Source: the human T2T-CHM13v2.0 reference genome, Homo sapiens. From it: a stretch of DNA of 64,000 bases. Both the position numbers and the translations under genes were made by a program. Positions 1-12,389 of this stretch are shown here, piece by piece. The notes under the pieces are model-generated. The model worked only from the letters and a program-made list of their open reading frames with translations, ran no database searches and was not told the DNA's origin. Positions within the stretch are counted from its first letter, which is position 1, and every line of letters starts with the position of its first letter. The DNA lies in the NCBI RefSeq assembly GCF_009914755.1, contig NC_060935.1; one strand, written 5' to 3'.

Positions 1-44
1 ACCACTGGGCCCCCTTCTGAGTGTCCCCTGAGCACTCTCTCAGC

Positions 45-163
45 ATGAACTGCATATCCGACTTCTTCACCTATGAGACCACCAAGTCGGTGGTTGTGAA
101 GAGCTGGACCATCGGGATCATCAACCGAGTAGTTCAGCTTCTGATCATCTCCTACTTTGTAGG
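45..163 (+). CDS. P2RX3: P2X purinoceptor 3, coding exon 1 (MNCISDFFTYETTK...; N-terminus and start of TM1)
   Basis: ATG at 45; P2X N-terminal YxTxK motif; GTGAGT donor at 164. Confidence 0.98.
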
Positions 164-1002
164 GTGAGTCTGTGGCCTTTCAGGTTCCTGGCGGGGTGGG
201 CTGCCTGGTATCCCGTCTTCACCCTCCTGCCTCGGTGCTACCATCCAGCTTCCTGAGCTCCTCTGCTCCTGGGGGAAACAGTTTCTTCTGTGGAGCCGAG
301 TCTTAAAGACTGGCCTCTGCCACCCCCACCTAGGGCCTAAATTCACCCAGGTGAATTCTTTTCCCAGTTCGTCCTCCAGGGTTGAGATTGGTTTCAAGAC
401 ACACGCTCAGAGTAGTAGGGTCCCTGCCCCGGCACTGCCCTCCACCGAGGGAGGGCTCAGGAGCTCCATCTCCACCCTCCCTGCTCTCATCTCCCCAACA
501 AGAGAACAGGCAGACCCCCTCCCACATCTTCGAATTCCCCTCAGTCAACTCTTCGGGGTCTCAAAAAGACAAGACAGCACAGGAATAGGGAAGGGAAGGC
601 ACTGAGACAAGGGGGTGGTGGCAGGTTGATCAAGTTGGTGGCCGGGAGGGAAAGAGAGAACTGGATCTGTTTTAGAATGAGGAATTTCCTTCTGGCATGG
701 ATGGGTGAGATGGTGAGAGAGAGAAGGGCAAGGGAGAAGCCCTCTGCTCTTGAAGGGGAGGACAAAGAGGGAACTGCCCCTTGATGAGGAAACAAACAGA
801 GGCCCAAGGGAAGAGTGGCCAAGGAGAAAAGGAGCTTTTCTGAACATAGTGCCGCTCCCTCCCCAGGAATCCAGAAATGCTCCCCTTTGTCAAAAAGTGT
901 AAGTTCCCTACCTCTCCCTGACCCTGTGCCATGTAACCCATCCTAGGAGTTGCTTAAGAGCCAGGAAGGTGCAACCATCCCCTCAGCCCCCACCGCCTGC
1001 AA

Positions 1003-1037
1003 GCACACACCTACACACACACACACACACGCACACA
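1003..1037. repeat. (CA)n microsatellite, P2RX3 intron 1
   Basis: Direct inspection. Confidence 0.85.
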
Positions 1038-3562
1038 AAGGGCTGTGGAGCAGACAATGGCTGGGGAAGAATGCAGGTCCTGTCCTTCTTGTGGTCATTT
1101 CCACACACTGGTGGGCACCAGGAAATACAGGCAGAAACCTCGAAGGTTTTCTTTCCTGGCATGCGGGTCTCCAATCTTATGCTGTTCTTTCAGACAATGG
1201 GTCTTTGCATTTGAGGCAGCAATCCACTGACTGTCAGGAGTTAGTTCAAGCAGGTCAAAGGAGAATCCTGTGTGCCTGTGGGCTGAAGCTGCATGCAAAC
1301 CTGCTTGCTTGAAATGTTGAAGTTTATGCGAGGGTGTGGAGGGAAAGGTGGCTAGATGTGACTTTTTAGGTGATTTTTTGCTCTGTGTGCTGGGCAAGCC
1401 CTGGTAGGCTTCAGTGGGCAGGTATTGTAAAAAGGCTGTACCATCCAGTGCTCCTTTGGGAGATTTTAGAAAAGGGATTCAAGCTTTGGAATAGCATTAA
1501 ATGGCCACAAAGTTCCCTTCCAATGTTGAGGTTTTGTGAGATACGAGGTTTGCAAATGTTCGCTGTCTGCATCTCTAGAGCTTGGCTCAAAGTTGGTTCC
1601 TAAATGTTCTGTGTTCACGTGTATATTCAATGCTGTGGTTGTTTATAGCCACAAGATGGTATGTTGGCCCAGGTGAGTGCAAAATCTGGCTCAGCACATT
1701 CCCCTTCTGGCCTGGCTCCACTGGCTCCAGGCAGAGATTGATGGGGGAGAGAGTGGGCTCCTAGACCAGCCCGCTCAGCCCCCACTGCCCTTGTCTCTGT
1801 CTCATCATGATCAGATAGAATCCTCCAGTCCTCAGGGCTGGAGCCCAGCCTGCTGGAGCGAGTGTGCGAAGCTCTTTAGCATCTTAATTTCCAACCCCAT
1901 CCATCTCCTAGCCTGACAGCTCCCCACGGGACACTGCCTTCCAGTTACATCAGCGCCCTCTGCAGCCCAGCCCCCTGACCTGAGTCCCATCTCCGTGTAT
2001 GTGAACCCATGCACGTTGTGACTTCATGAGTCCACCGTCATTAATTTAGCAAAAATGTACCAGCATCTCTGCATGCCAGGCACTGTGGATTGAGGACGGA
2101 ATGGTGGGCAAAAGCAGACAGGGTCCTCGCCCTCCTGGGGCTTACAGCGGAAGGCAAGAGATGGCATTCATCTGATGATCTCCACAAACGGGAAATGTCA
2201 ACTGTGGCTTAGAGGTGCACAGTTATAGAGAGCCGCTTCTGTGAAGGTGTTTGGCCCAGTCAGGGAGTAAGGGAAGGTTTTCTGGAGATGTGACATTTTA
2301 GCCAAGACCCGAAGGATGAGTAAGAGCAGCCCAGGTGAAAGAGGGAAGGAAGAGAGTTCAGGGCAGAGAAACCCACCTCTGCAAAGGGAAGGAGGCTGGC
2401 AAACAGGGGAAAGAAAAGAAGGTCATTGTGGCTGGAGCCGAGGGAGCAGAGATGAGTGAGGGTGGTGTACGGTGGATGGGAACACACACAGAGGCCGGAC
2501 CTCAGACACCCTTAGAGAGCTTTTGTTTTTACAGGAGATGAATAAACAGAAGCCATGGAAGCATTTTAACCCGTGTGTCTGTGTGCACTTTTGTGTGTGT
2601 GTGCACGTGAGTTTGAGAGAGAGAGAGACAGACACGATGAGATCTGAGTTGGGAAGAGCACCTGGGCTGATTCCCTGGAAGTGGAAGGAGTAGGAGTGGG
2701 TGCAGGAAAACCTGCTAAGAGGCAGTTTATGCAGAGAGGTGACAGTGGCTTGGACCCAATCGAATTTGAAGGGATTTTTAAGGCTATAGTGTTAATATTT
2801 CACTGATACTTCAATCTCTTCCCCATCATCCCAACCAGGTCAACAACCTAGACTCTGCCTAACATGAGTCCATCATTTCTCTGAGAACTTCTCAGCAACA
2901 CACCACCTGGTCATCTCACATACGCTCTCACCCCCGCCCCTGGCCTCAGCTGCTTGTCTGTGGTTGACACCATTTCATCACTATTTTCCTTTACCCACTC
3001 CAGGGCACACAGAGAGGCCTGGACTTACCTGATGTTTCTCACATCTTTTCTGGGTCCACGTGGTAATCCCCACTCACCTCTGTGGAGTGGGACTTCCCGA
3101 GAGCCCATCCCCGTTCTGGATCCTTTGGGGACCTGAGAAGTTGAAGGAAATCCCTAGGATCTGAGTCCCTGGAAGCAATAGCCTGTGCTTGGCCTGAGGT
3201 TGATTTCCAGGGCCTTCCTGGAGGAAGCTGCCTCCTTGCAAACTAGGAGGCCAGGGACTTCCCAGGCCTTTGATGCCCCATTGTGCTGAAGGGTCACTGG
3301 TGGCTGCTGGAGCCTCTGACCCCACCACAGCCCTGCCCTACCTGCCCTGTTCCTCCCCCATACAAGACCCAGTCCACAAACTTGCCATCTGTACAGCCCC
3401 ATGCTTTGGTTCATAAAATTCAGCCTCATTTCAGATCTTAGGTGGGAGTTCAATACATAAAGCAGGTGAAAGGGAGGAGCTGCTCTGGTTTAAAGAGAAG
3501 GGTCTAGAATCCTGCCTTCTTGGCTCTCCACTCCATCCTCTCAGCCCAGGGTATCACTGTGA

Positions 3563-3948
<386 letters not shown>

Positions 3949-5767
3949 GGATGCCCCATCTGGACCAGTCATCCTGGTCCAGAGAGAGGAGTGACTCTCA
4001 TTCCTGCCTGCCCTCTCCCCCAATATGGAACATAGAGCACTTGGTTAGAAGCCTGGCTCTGACACCAACTAGGAGAGGGCCTCCTAAGAGTGACTTTACA
4101 TCTCTAAGTCTCAGTCCCCATATCTGGAAAATGGATTTAGGAATACCTCCTCCCTGGGAGTTATAGGGAGGGGAGGTAACATATGTCAAGTGCCTTGCGG
4201 AGATGGTGACTCAGTAATAGATGGCAACTGCGACTACTTCACAAAGACCCCCCCATCACCCCTCCCCCTTTCCCTCTGCCCAGCTCACACCTTCCTAAGA
4301 GACCCCTCTCCTCCTCCCACACACACAGCGTGCACTCTTCACACCCACTCCCCAGCCTCCTCCTTGGCTCCCTGGGGGCGGATGGGAGGGTGCTGGGGCG
4401 CGGCTCTGGCCTCTCTCCTGCACATCCCACCTGCCAAGGAGCTGCCACACGCCTTCCGCTCTATAAATAATAAACCATGAATGCGAGAAGAAAATAGTCA
4501 GAGCAGCAGAGTAAATGCCAAGAATCGAAGGCTCAGGCCTGCCCTAGCTCCTGAGCCCTGGCCTCCAGAGACAGCCTCAGCCCCTCCGTTCTGGAAATGA
4601 AGCATCCCCTTCTTTCTAGCTGCCTTGATGACATCCCGAGGCCCTGTGAGGCCATTGAAATTCTTCCACTTGTTATTTAAGTCAGAGAGAGAATTCTAAT
4701 GTGGCCTCTCCACCCCACTGGGCACAAGAAGGAGCCTTGAAGGAGGAGGAGGAGGAGGTAGGAGATTGGTTGATTGTTCCTTGGAGTCCTCGGCCCTTTC
4801 CTCCTGAGACTTTCCTAAGCCAGGAGATGCTTTCACTGGTGATGGAGCAGGAGCTGGTAGGAAAAGCACAGGGTCCGGTTCAGGGGGCCAGCATGGCCTG
4901 GCTTTGAGCTGGGACACAGCTAGAGACCTTCGAGTGAAGAGGCTGTGAGTGGTCTGGAGCACGTTGTCTGGTTAGAGCTGACATACCAGCTTTGCAATCC
5001 TGGGCAAGTTAGCACCCTCTCTGTGCCTCAGTTTCCTCATTCATGACATGAAGGTAATAACGAAGCTGTCTCAGTAAGAATGTAGTGAAAGATTCGGCTT
5101 AGCAAGTGCCGCATTGGTTATATAATACTAGTCTGAACTCTGCATCTCCAAATGTTCCTGGACTTTAAGGACGCAGGGCAGGGGCCTCAGAAAACCATTT
5201 CCTTAGGTCGACACTGAGAAATATGTCTATTCTGTGGCTAGGCACATTGAAGCTCGGTTCCAGAAGGGTGTGTTTAGACCACAGTTTGCACTCTGCGAAT
5301 GTACAGCCAACAGCCATCTTAGCTGGAAGCAGAGAGCCTAGGCCCCAGACCTCACTCCCTTCACTCTGCAGGGCCCCAGGCTGTGAGCTAATAATGCTCA
5401 TTTGGGTTTCCTGTGACAGGGAGGCTCCCTTCTCTTCTTCAAGGACGTAATTTGGCAGATGGGATTTCTACGTGAGGCATACTTCCTTGTGAAATCTGAA
5501 TGAAACCCCTCCCCTTCCAAAAAAAAGAAGAAAAGAAAAGTGCTGGGAGATAAAGCAGCACCACAAAGCCCCATAGAAGGCGGTATGCATGAGAGCATTT
5601 TACAAGCACGCAAGTCACTCTAAGTGGTGCGTTAATCAGGATGCCGCCTGCCTGCTCTAAAGGAGCAATAGGAAAGCAGGTAACGGGTTTGAAGCCATAT
5701 GCTGGTGCTGTGACTACACCCTTTCTCTCCTGCTCAAGAAATCATTCAGAATTCAAGCCAGTAATAC

Positions 5768-5907
5768 TACTGAAAAAATGATAAATATGTGAGGTAGTAA
5801 ATATGATCATTAGCATGACATAATCATTCCACAAGGTATAGGCATATCAAAACACCCACATTGTGCCCCATGAATACGTACAATTATTACTTATCAATAA
5901 TAAATAG
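5768..5907 (+). mobile_element. Old L1M 3'-end fragment
   Basis: Resembles L1MA/MB 3' UTR end with A-rich tail. Confidence 0.6.
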
Positions 5908-6200
5908 GGCTGGGCATGGTGGATCCCGCCTGTAATCCCAGCACTTTGGGAGGCCAAGGCAGGCAGATCACTTGAGGCCAGGAGTTTGAGACCAGCCTGG
6001 CCAACATGGGAAAACCCCGTCTCTACTAAAAACAAAAAAGTTAGCCAGGCGTGGTTGTGCATGCCTGTAGTCCCAGCTACTCAGGAGGCTGAGGCACGAG
6101 AATCACTTGAGCCCGGGAGGCAGAGGTTGCAGTGAGCCGAGATGGCGCCAGTGCCTGGGTAACAGAGTGACACTCTGTCTCAAATAATAATAATAAATAG
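5908..6200 (+). mobile_element. Alu
   Basis: Dimeric Alu consensus with (AAT)n tail. Confidence 0.95.
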
Positions 6201-8034
6201 TATTTATTTATCAAAAATTTAAACTTAAATTAGAATAAAAAGAAAAAAAGATTCCAGTGAGCAAAGGAAGACCCATGATGGGGATAACACCAAACCCTCT
6301 CACTGAAAACCGAACGAAGAGCCACTTGCAAATATCCGCTGGGGTTTGCAGTAAATAGGATTGTGGTGTCCAAACTATAAGTGGCTGGGACCCCCGGTAC
6401 GTTCTGGGAGCTGCTGCTGTTTGCATGTTCCAACAGTAGGTGACCCCAGAGATCATTCAGTCCAGCCTCCACCTGAGGAAGGGGCCTCCTCTCAGCACAC
6501 CTGCCAGGTGAGCAACATGCTGTCCTGGAGTCTTCCCAGACGTGTGGCACGCGTGTGGTGACTTTCCGCAGCAGGCGGTTCTGGGATTGAAGTCCTCGCC
6601 CACCTCCTTATAGAATCCTCAGGTCAGCCCAGCTCCTGGCTCTGCAGCTTCCCAGCCTCTAACTCCTACGGCTTTGTCTTCTCTGGGCTACACAGTCTCA
6701 AATTCCTTCCACTCACCTTCATCTGGTGTGGTTTTCCAACCTCGTGCCACCCTGGTTAGAAGCAGAAAATGCCCTCACCCAGCATTTCCAAAAGTGTGCT
6801 CCTCTGTTCCATGAGACGTCACCAGTATTTCTCCAAGACTGGCTTCTGTGGTCAAATAAGATTGGGAGACAGTGAGGTTAACAAAATGTAACAGATGTAT
6901 TTGTTTGTTTACATCGTATGTTTCTCGGGGAGGGAGGAGGGTTGCATGGCATTTTCTAAACGTATTTGATGAGGTTTTCTCATCTGTCGAATGGGAATGG
7001 TGGCAGCATCTACCTCCCAGTGTGCCATCAGGAATAAAGGCAATCTTGCCAAAGGCTGGAAGTGTGGGATTAAGTGAGGCTGAGCGGGGACTTCAGCCTT
7101 GAGGGCTGTGATTGGCGATTTCAAATGGAAAGGCAGGCACTTTATAGGAAAGCAGAGGCACGAGTTGCCAGCAGGTATTTGCAGGCCCTTTTGCTCGAGG
7201 CCAGGAAAGTCTGAGAAGGAAGATAGGCATGGAAAAAGGGAAGGCCTCATCCACGTGGTCCCATTATGGCTTAAAGCTGTAGGAAGGCGCCAGTACAGGT
7301 AAATGACCACTGGGTGGCAGCACAATCCAGGGAATAAGATCAGACTCTTCCCTCCCTCCTCCCCCAGCCCCCCCACCTTCAACCGAGCTCCTTTACCTGC
7401 CAGGTAAAAGCTCAGCCGCTGTCCCCCGCTTCCTCCTCTGTTCTCATCTGACACCTGGGCAGATAGATTCTGCCAAGCACTGAGCTCCCAAGGACCTTTA
7501 TTGATTTGTTTACTGAGCTACTTTGTGTTGGACACTTAGGGTACAGCCGTGGGCCAAGGCTGGAATGCATGGGAGCAGAGGCCTGGGATCCTCTGTCCTT
7601 CTGTCTCCTGGGTGCCTGCCAGAGAAGTGGCCCCCATCAGCAGCATGGAATGACTTTGAGCCATGCATTCTCAATGGGGCCATATGGCCCCCAAGGAGGT
7701 GAAAATTGGTTCTCACTCTTTTTATGCATAAAGCACAAATTTGCATACAGTACATAAACAGATATCTGTGATATCAAAGTTTCATGGAGGGGGGGACCAC
7801 TAGGGGAGAAAATGTCTAGAAAGGCACCTGAGGGGCAGTAATGGGACAAAAGGTGGAGAAACGCTATTCTAAGTCAACCAAGGGCTCACTCTAGGTCTCA
7901 CGCCTCTGGAAGGAACCATCCGCACACCCTGCCAGGCATGGCCAAGTGTTGGCAGGAAGGTGACCTCTCCCAGCTTCTGTCTGCTGGGTCTATAGACTCC
8001 TCTCTTTCTCTTCATTTATGCTCTCCTGCCCCAG

Positions 8035-8170
8035 GTGGGTTTTCTTGCACGAGAAGGCTTACCAGGTACGGGACACAGCCATTGAGTCCTCGGTGGTAAC
8101 CAAGGTGAAGGGCTCCGGACTCTACACCAACAGAGTCATGGATGTGTCTGATTACGTGACGCCACCTCAG
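8035..8170 (+). CDS. P2RX3: P2RX3 exon 2 ([10 protein letters not shown]...DYVTPPQ)
   Basis: CAG acceptor, GTATGG donor, 136 nt, phase matches exon 1. Confidence 0.98.
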
Positions 8171-8606
8171 GTATGGTACCCCTACCCAGAGAGGCATGTG
8201 GATGTCCAGACACTGGGCAGGTTGGAAGGGAGAAAGCGAGCAAAGAGTGCCAGTGGGATTCCCAAACTAGAATCCATGATGTCACTGATCCAGAGGACCT
8301 CTCCCCCAGCAGCTGAGAGCTGTGTGAGAGCTTGGGCCTGCGGTGCTGGGCATCAGGAAAGCTGGGTTCCTCTCCAGGCTCTGCCACAACTTGTAATGCA
8401 ATCAAGGACAACACACATGGGAGAAGGGGGCCATGTGGGTGGCTGCAAAGAGCCAGCTCTGCCCCTCACCAGCCCTGTGACCTTGGCCAAGTCACTAGAC
8501 ACAAGCCTTGCTTTCCTCATCTGTAGAGTGGGGATAATCAGTTATAGTCCCTGTCTCACTGATTGGGACTGTTGGATGTTTTTCTCTCCCTTCTTCTCCT
8601 CCCAAG

Positions 8607-8678
8607 GGCACCTCGGTCTTTGTCATCATCACCAAGATGATTGTTACTGAAAATCAGATGCAAGGATTCTGCCCAGAG
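8607..8678 (+). CDS. P2RX3: P2RX3 exon 3 ([10 protein letters not shown]...QGFCPE)
   Basis: Pyrimidine tract + AAG acceptor, GTGAGG donor, 72 nt. Confidence 0.97.
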
Positions 8679-8905
8679 GTGAGGGGAGGACAGAGGTTGG
8701 GTGAAGCAGGTCAAGGCTGAAAATGTTGGTGGGAGTGGGAGCAGTGGCAGGGAGGTATGAGCAGAGGCCCCAAGTCTGACCTTGCAACTGGGACCTGGGA
8801 CCTCCACCCTCCTGAGGCTGTTGGTTATGGGGAGGTCGAGGGAGTCGCGGAGCTCACCAGGCCAGGACAGTGTCCTTCACCAACCTGTGACCCGTCTGCC
8901 CACAG

Positions 8906-8969
8906 AGTGAGGAGAAATACCGCTGTGTATCAGACAGCCAGTGCGGGCCTGAGCGCTTGCCAGGTGGGG
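8906..8969 (+). CDS. P2RX3: P2RX3 exon 4 ([13 protein letters not shown]...)
   Basis: CAG/GTGAGT, 64 nt, Cys-rich head domain. Confidence 0.97.
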
Positions 8970-9660
8970 GTGAGTCCAGCCCCTTACCCACCCCACAATC
9001 CCAAGTGTTAGTGGGACCCATGGGGGAGAGCCCGTCGTTGGAGAGGGAGTGGGAACCAGCCTGTTCCATGTCATTCTGCTGGCATTTACAGTTGCTCCCT
9101 GGGTGCCACACCCAGTGGGTGCTACAAAGGTGGCATGGCCCCTGCCCCCAGAGGAGTTCCCAGTCTAGGATGGTGGTGACAGACAGGGGTGCTTGAAGTG
9201 GCCTGTGCTGTCCAGGAGGTACAAAAGACTGTTGAGCCTGGGGGAGGGGGAGAGATTGCTTCTGGGTGAGCAGTACCCAAAGGCTTCCTTGAGGTGGTGA
9301 CATTTGGGATGGTCCCTGAAGATGAATAGGATTTGGCAGGACAGAGGGGGCTTCAAAAAGTTCATTCCAGACAGAAGGAACAGCTGCAGCACAGACTCAG
9401 AGGCAAGGAAGGAAGCACAAGAAGAAGAGGTGTCCTCAGGGTTGCTGGGGCTCGGAGCACATGAAAGGAAGGCTGTCACCTCCCTTTGGCTGGGTCTGGG
9501 GCTCAGGAGAAGCAGCAGGAGAGAAGTCAGCTCCCTTTTCCCTGCCTGCTCTTTTCCCCCACTTGCCAGGGTCCCTGATGGGGGGAAGGGAAGAGGGAGG
9601 AAGGAAAGGGAGAGGAGCAAAGGGCAGGCAGCCACCCAGCAGCTGTGGCTCTCACTTTAG

Positions 9661-9754
9661 GGATCCTCACTGGCCGCTGCGTGAACTACAGCTCTGTGCT
9701 CCGGACCTGTGAGATCCAGGGCTGGTGCCCCACGGAGGTGGACACAGTGGAAAC
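9661..9754 (+). CDS. P2RX3: P2RX3 exon 5 (ILTGRCV...CEIQGWCP)
   Basis: TAG/GTAAGG, 94 nt, P2X TCEIxGWCP motif. Confidence 0.97.
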
Positions 9755-10117
9755 GTAAGGCTCCAAGCCAGACAGGAGGAGACAGGCCCCCACCTCAGCT
9801 CCCCTTTGCCCATGTGGGAGCCGTGCGTCTCTGAGCTTGAGGAGGGTCTGTGGCTTTCTCCAGTGTTGTCCCTTCCTGGTGTGGGGGGTGGCCTCAGGCC
9901 CAGGGTATCATCTTCCCCAGCCCACCCACCTGCCTCCTCCTCCTGCTGTGACACTCAGGCACAGACAGCCCCTTCCTATAGCCCACTCTCAAAGTGCCCT
10001 TTATCTATAAGAGGTCTCCCTTTGGAGGCATCCACCAGGAAAGGTCGCCCTCAGGTGAAAGCCTTCATTTCCCCCTCTTCTTCCTGGAAAGCTAAGGCCT
10101 CCTGTGCTCACCCACAG

Positions 10118-10195
10118 GCCCATCATGATGGAAGCTGAGAACTTCACTATTTTCATCAAGAACAGCATCCGTTTCCCCCTCTTCAACTTTGAGAA
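10118..10195 (+). CDS. P2RX3: P2RX3 exon 6 ([20 protein letters not shown]...)
   Basis: CAG/GTGAGT, 78 nt, NFT ATP-site motif. Confidence 0.97.
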
Positions 10196-10670
10196 GTGAG
10201 TCCCCACTCCTTCCCTAAAGCCAAGATGCAGGCACCCCCGGCCCTGCCAACCTGTTTTCAGGGAAGTGGAGATGCCCCCTCGCCACAGTTCTTCCCACTT
10301 TCGCTCCACTGACCCATCTCCCTGGGCCTACCATTCCCAATCTCCCAGCGGGCCTTGGCCACTGAGGATCAGGTGAACTTTGGGGTCAGTTTCTCTGCCA
10401 GCCTCCCCACCTTGGGGCTCAGACCCAAACGGGAGTTTTGCTTGGGGTAGGAGAGGGACAACTTAGGCCTAGTCGTGGGTCAAGGATGCCTTCAACGGTT
10501 GAAACCCTTTCGGTCTCGTCCCATTCTTTTTCCCCACATCTAGCCCATGTGTGGAAATCCCTTTTCTCTTAGTCAGTTCAGCCCCCCTTCATTGACTTAC
10601 TCATTCCACAGCTACTCAGTGGGCATTGGCCATGTGCAGAGGGCAATGCCAGTCACTACAGAAGTGCACT

Positions 10671-11046
<376 letters not shown>

Positions 11047-11247
11047 TCACCCTGATACACAGGGAAGGCGGTGATGGGGCACCAGAAAGATGCAGGGAAA
11101 GGAAAGAGGGGAGGGAGATGGCGAGGTCCAGATGAAGGCTGAGGGCTCAGATCCCCCCTAGGCCTGGGCTCCGGAAGGCGGGGAGAGATTGCACAAGACG
11201 ATCTTCCCATGAACCCTGGGCTGACCTCTCTCTCTGCTCCTCCCCAG

Positions 11248-11389
11248 GGGAAACCTCCTTCCCAACCTGACAGCCAGGGACATGAAGACCTGCCGCTTCC
11301 ACCCGGACAAGGACCCTTTCTGCCCCATCTTGCGGGTAGGGGACGTGGTCAAGTTTGCGGGGCAGGATTTTGCCAAACTGGCGCGCACG
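11248..11389 (+). CDS. P2RX3: P2RX3 exon 7 (GNLLPNL...CPILRVGDV...ART)
   Basis: CAG/GTGAGG, 142 nt. Confidence 0.97.
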
Positions 11390-11493
11390 GTGAGGACCTA
11401 GCCATTCTTCCGCGACCCCAAACTCCCCACCTTCAGCCCTTTCCCAGATTTCAGGGCCCTTTGGCCGGCACTGGCCAGGAGCCGCCGCGAGAC

Positions 11494-11508
11494 AGCGCCA
11501 CCTGGTGG
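11494..11508 (-). promoter_or_regulatory. CTCF core motif CCACCAGGTGGCGCT
   Basis: Essentially perfect match to the CTCF consensus, in a CpG-rich patch of P2RX3 intron 7. Confidence 0.7.
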
Positions 11509-11787
11509 AAGCATCCCAGGCCGCCACTGGCTTTGTGCCTGAATCCTTTCTGCTTTCCCCGCGCAGAGCGATCTTGCCCCCCGCCCCCGCCGAGTCCACC
11601 TTCCTCAAGCCTCAGTTTCCCACTCCCATCTTCACACTTCACCTCAGGCAAAGGCCTTAGATCTGTAATAAGCCCCAAACGACGGGAAAGTAGACCTGTG
11701 GCCACTTTCTCCTGTGTTGTAGCTAAAGCACTGAAGATCCCAAAATTAGGACTCAGAGGCTCCAATGTTCGCATCCGAGCCACAACC

Positions 11788-12072
11788 TTTTTTTTTTTTT
11801 TTTTTTTTGAGACAGAGTCTCGATCTGTCTCCCAGGCTAGAGTGCATGGCGCGATTTCGGCTCACTGCAACCTCCGCCTCCCAGGTTCACGCCATTCTCC
11901 TGCCTCAGCTTCCGGAGTAGCTGGGACCAAGCCCGGCTAATTTTTGGTATTTTTAGTAGAGTCAGGGGTTCGCCGTGTTAGCCAGGATGGTCTCGATCTC
12001 CTGACCTCGTGATCCGCCCGCCTCGGCCTCCCAAAGTGCTGGGATTACAGGCGTGAATCACCGCACCCGGCC
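11788..12072 (-). mobile_element. Alu (Y-like, small internal deletion)
   Basis: CpG-rich Alu with AluY-type diagnostic segments. Confidence 0.93.
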
Positions 12073-12252
12073 ACCACAGCACTTCTTTACTGAGCAGTAT
12101 ATGACATGTCACTTTCCGTTCTCCCTGCCTCCGTCTCCCACCTGGAGGATGGGAGGAAATCATTTGTCACCACCTCCACCCCACCCCCACCCTGGCCCAG
12201 AGCAGGGAGTCAGAGGGCGAGGGGAAAGCTCATACCCGGCCCGTTTCTTCAG

Positions 12253-12389
12253 GGGGGAGTTCTGGGCATTAAGATCGGCTGGGTGTGCGACTTGGACAAG
12301 GCCTGGGACCAGTGCATCCCCAAATACTCCTTCACCCGGCTCGACAGCGTTTCTGAGAAAAGCAGCGTGTCCCCAGGCTACAACTTCAG
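12253..12389 (+). CDS. P2RX3: P2RX3 exon 8 ([15 protein letters not shown]...GYNFR)
   Basis: CAG/GTAATT, 137 nt, GYNFR motif. Confidence 0.98.

Noticed and set aside
8018-8650. 210-aa ORF
   Set aside because: P2RX3 exon 2 reading through intron 2 into an out-of-frame stop in exon 3; not a separate gene, and retention would likely trigger NMD
11209-11940. 243-aa Pro-rich ORF
   Set aside because: Alternative frame of exon 7 plus GC-rich intron and Alu; no recognisable domain
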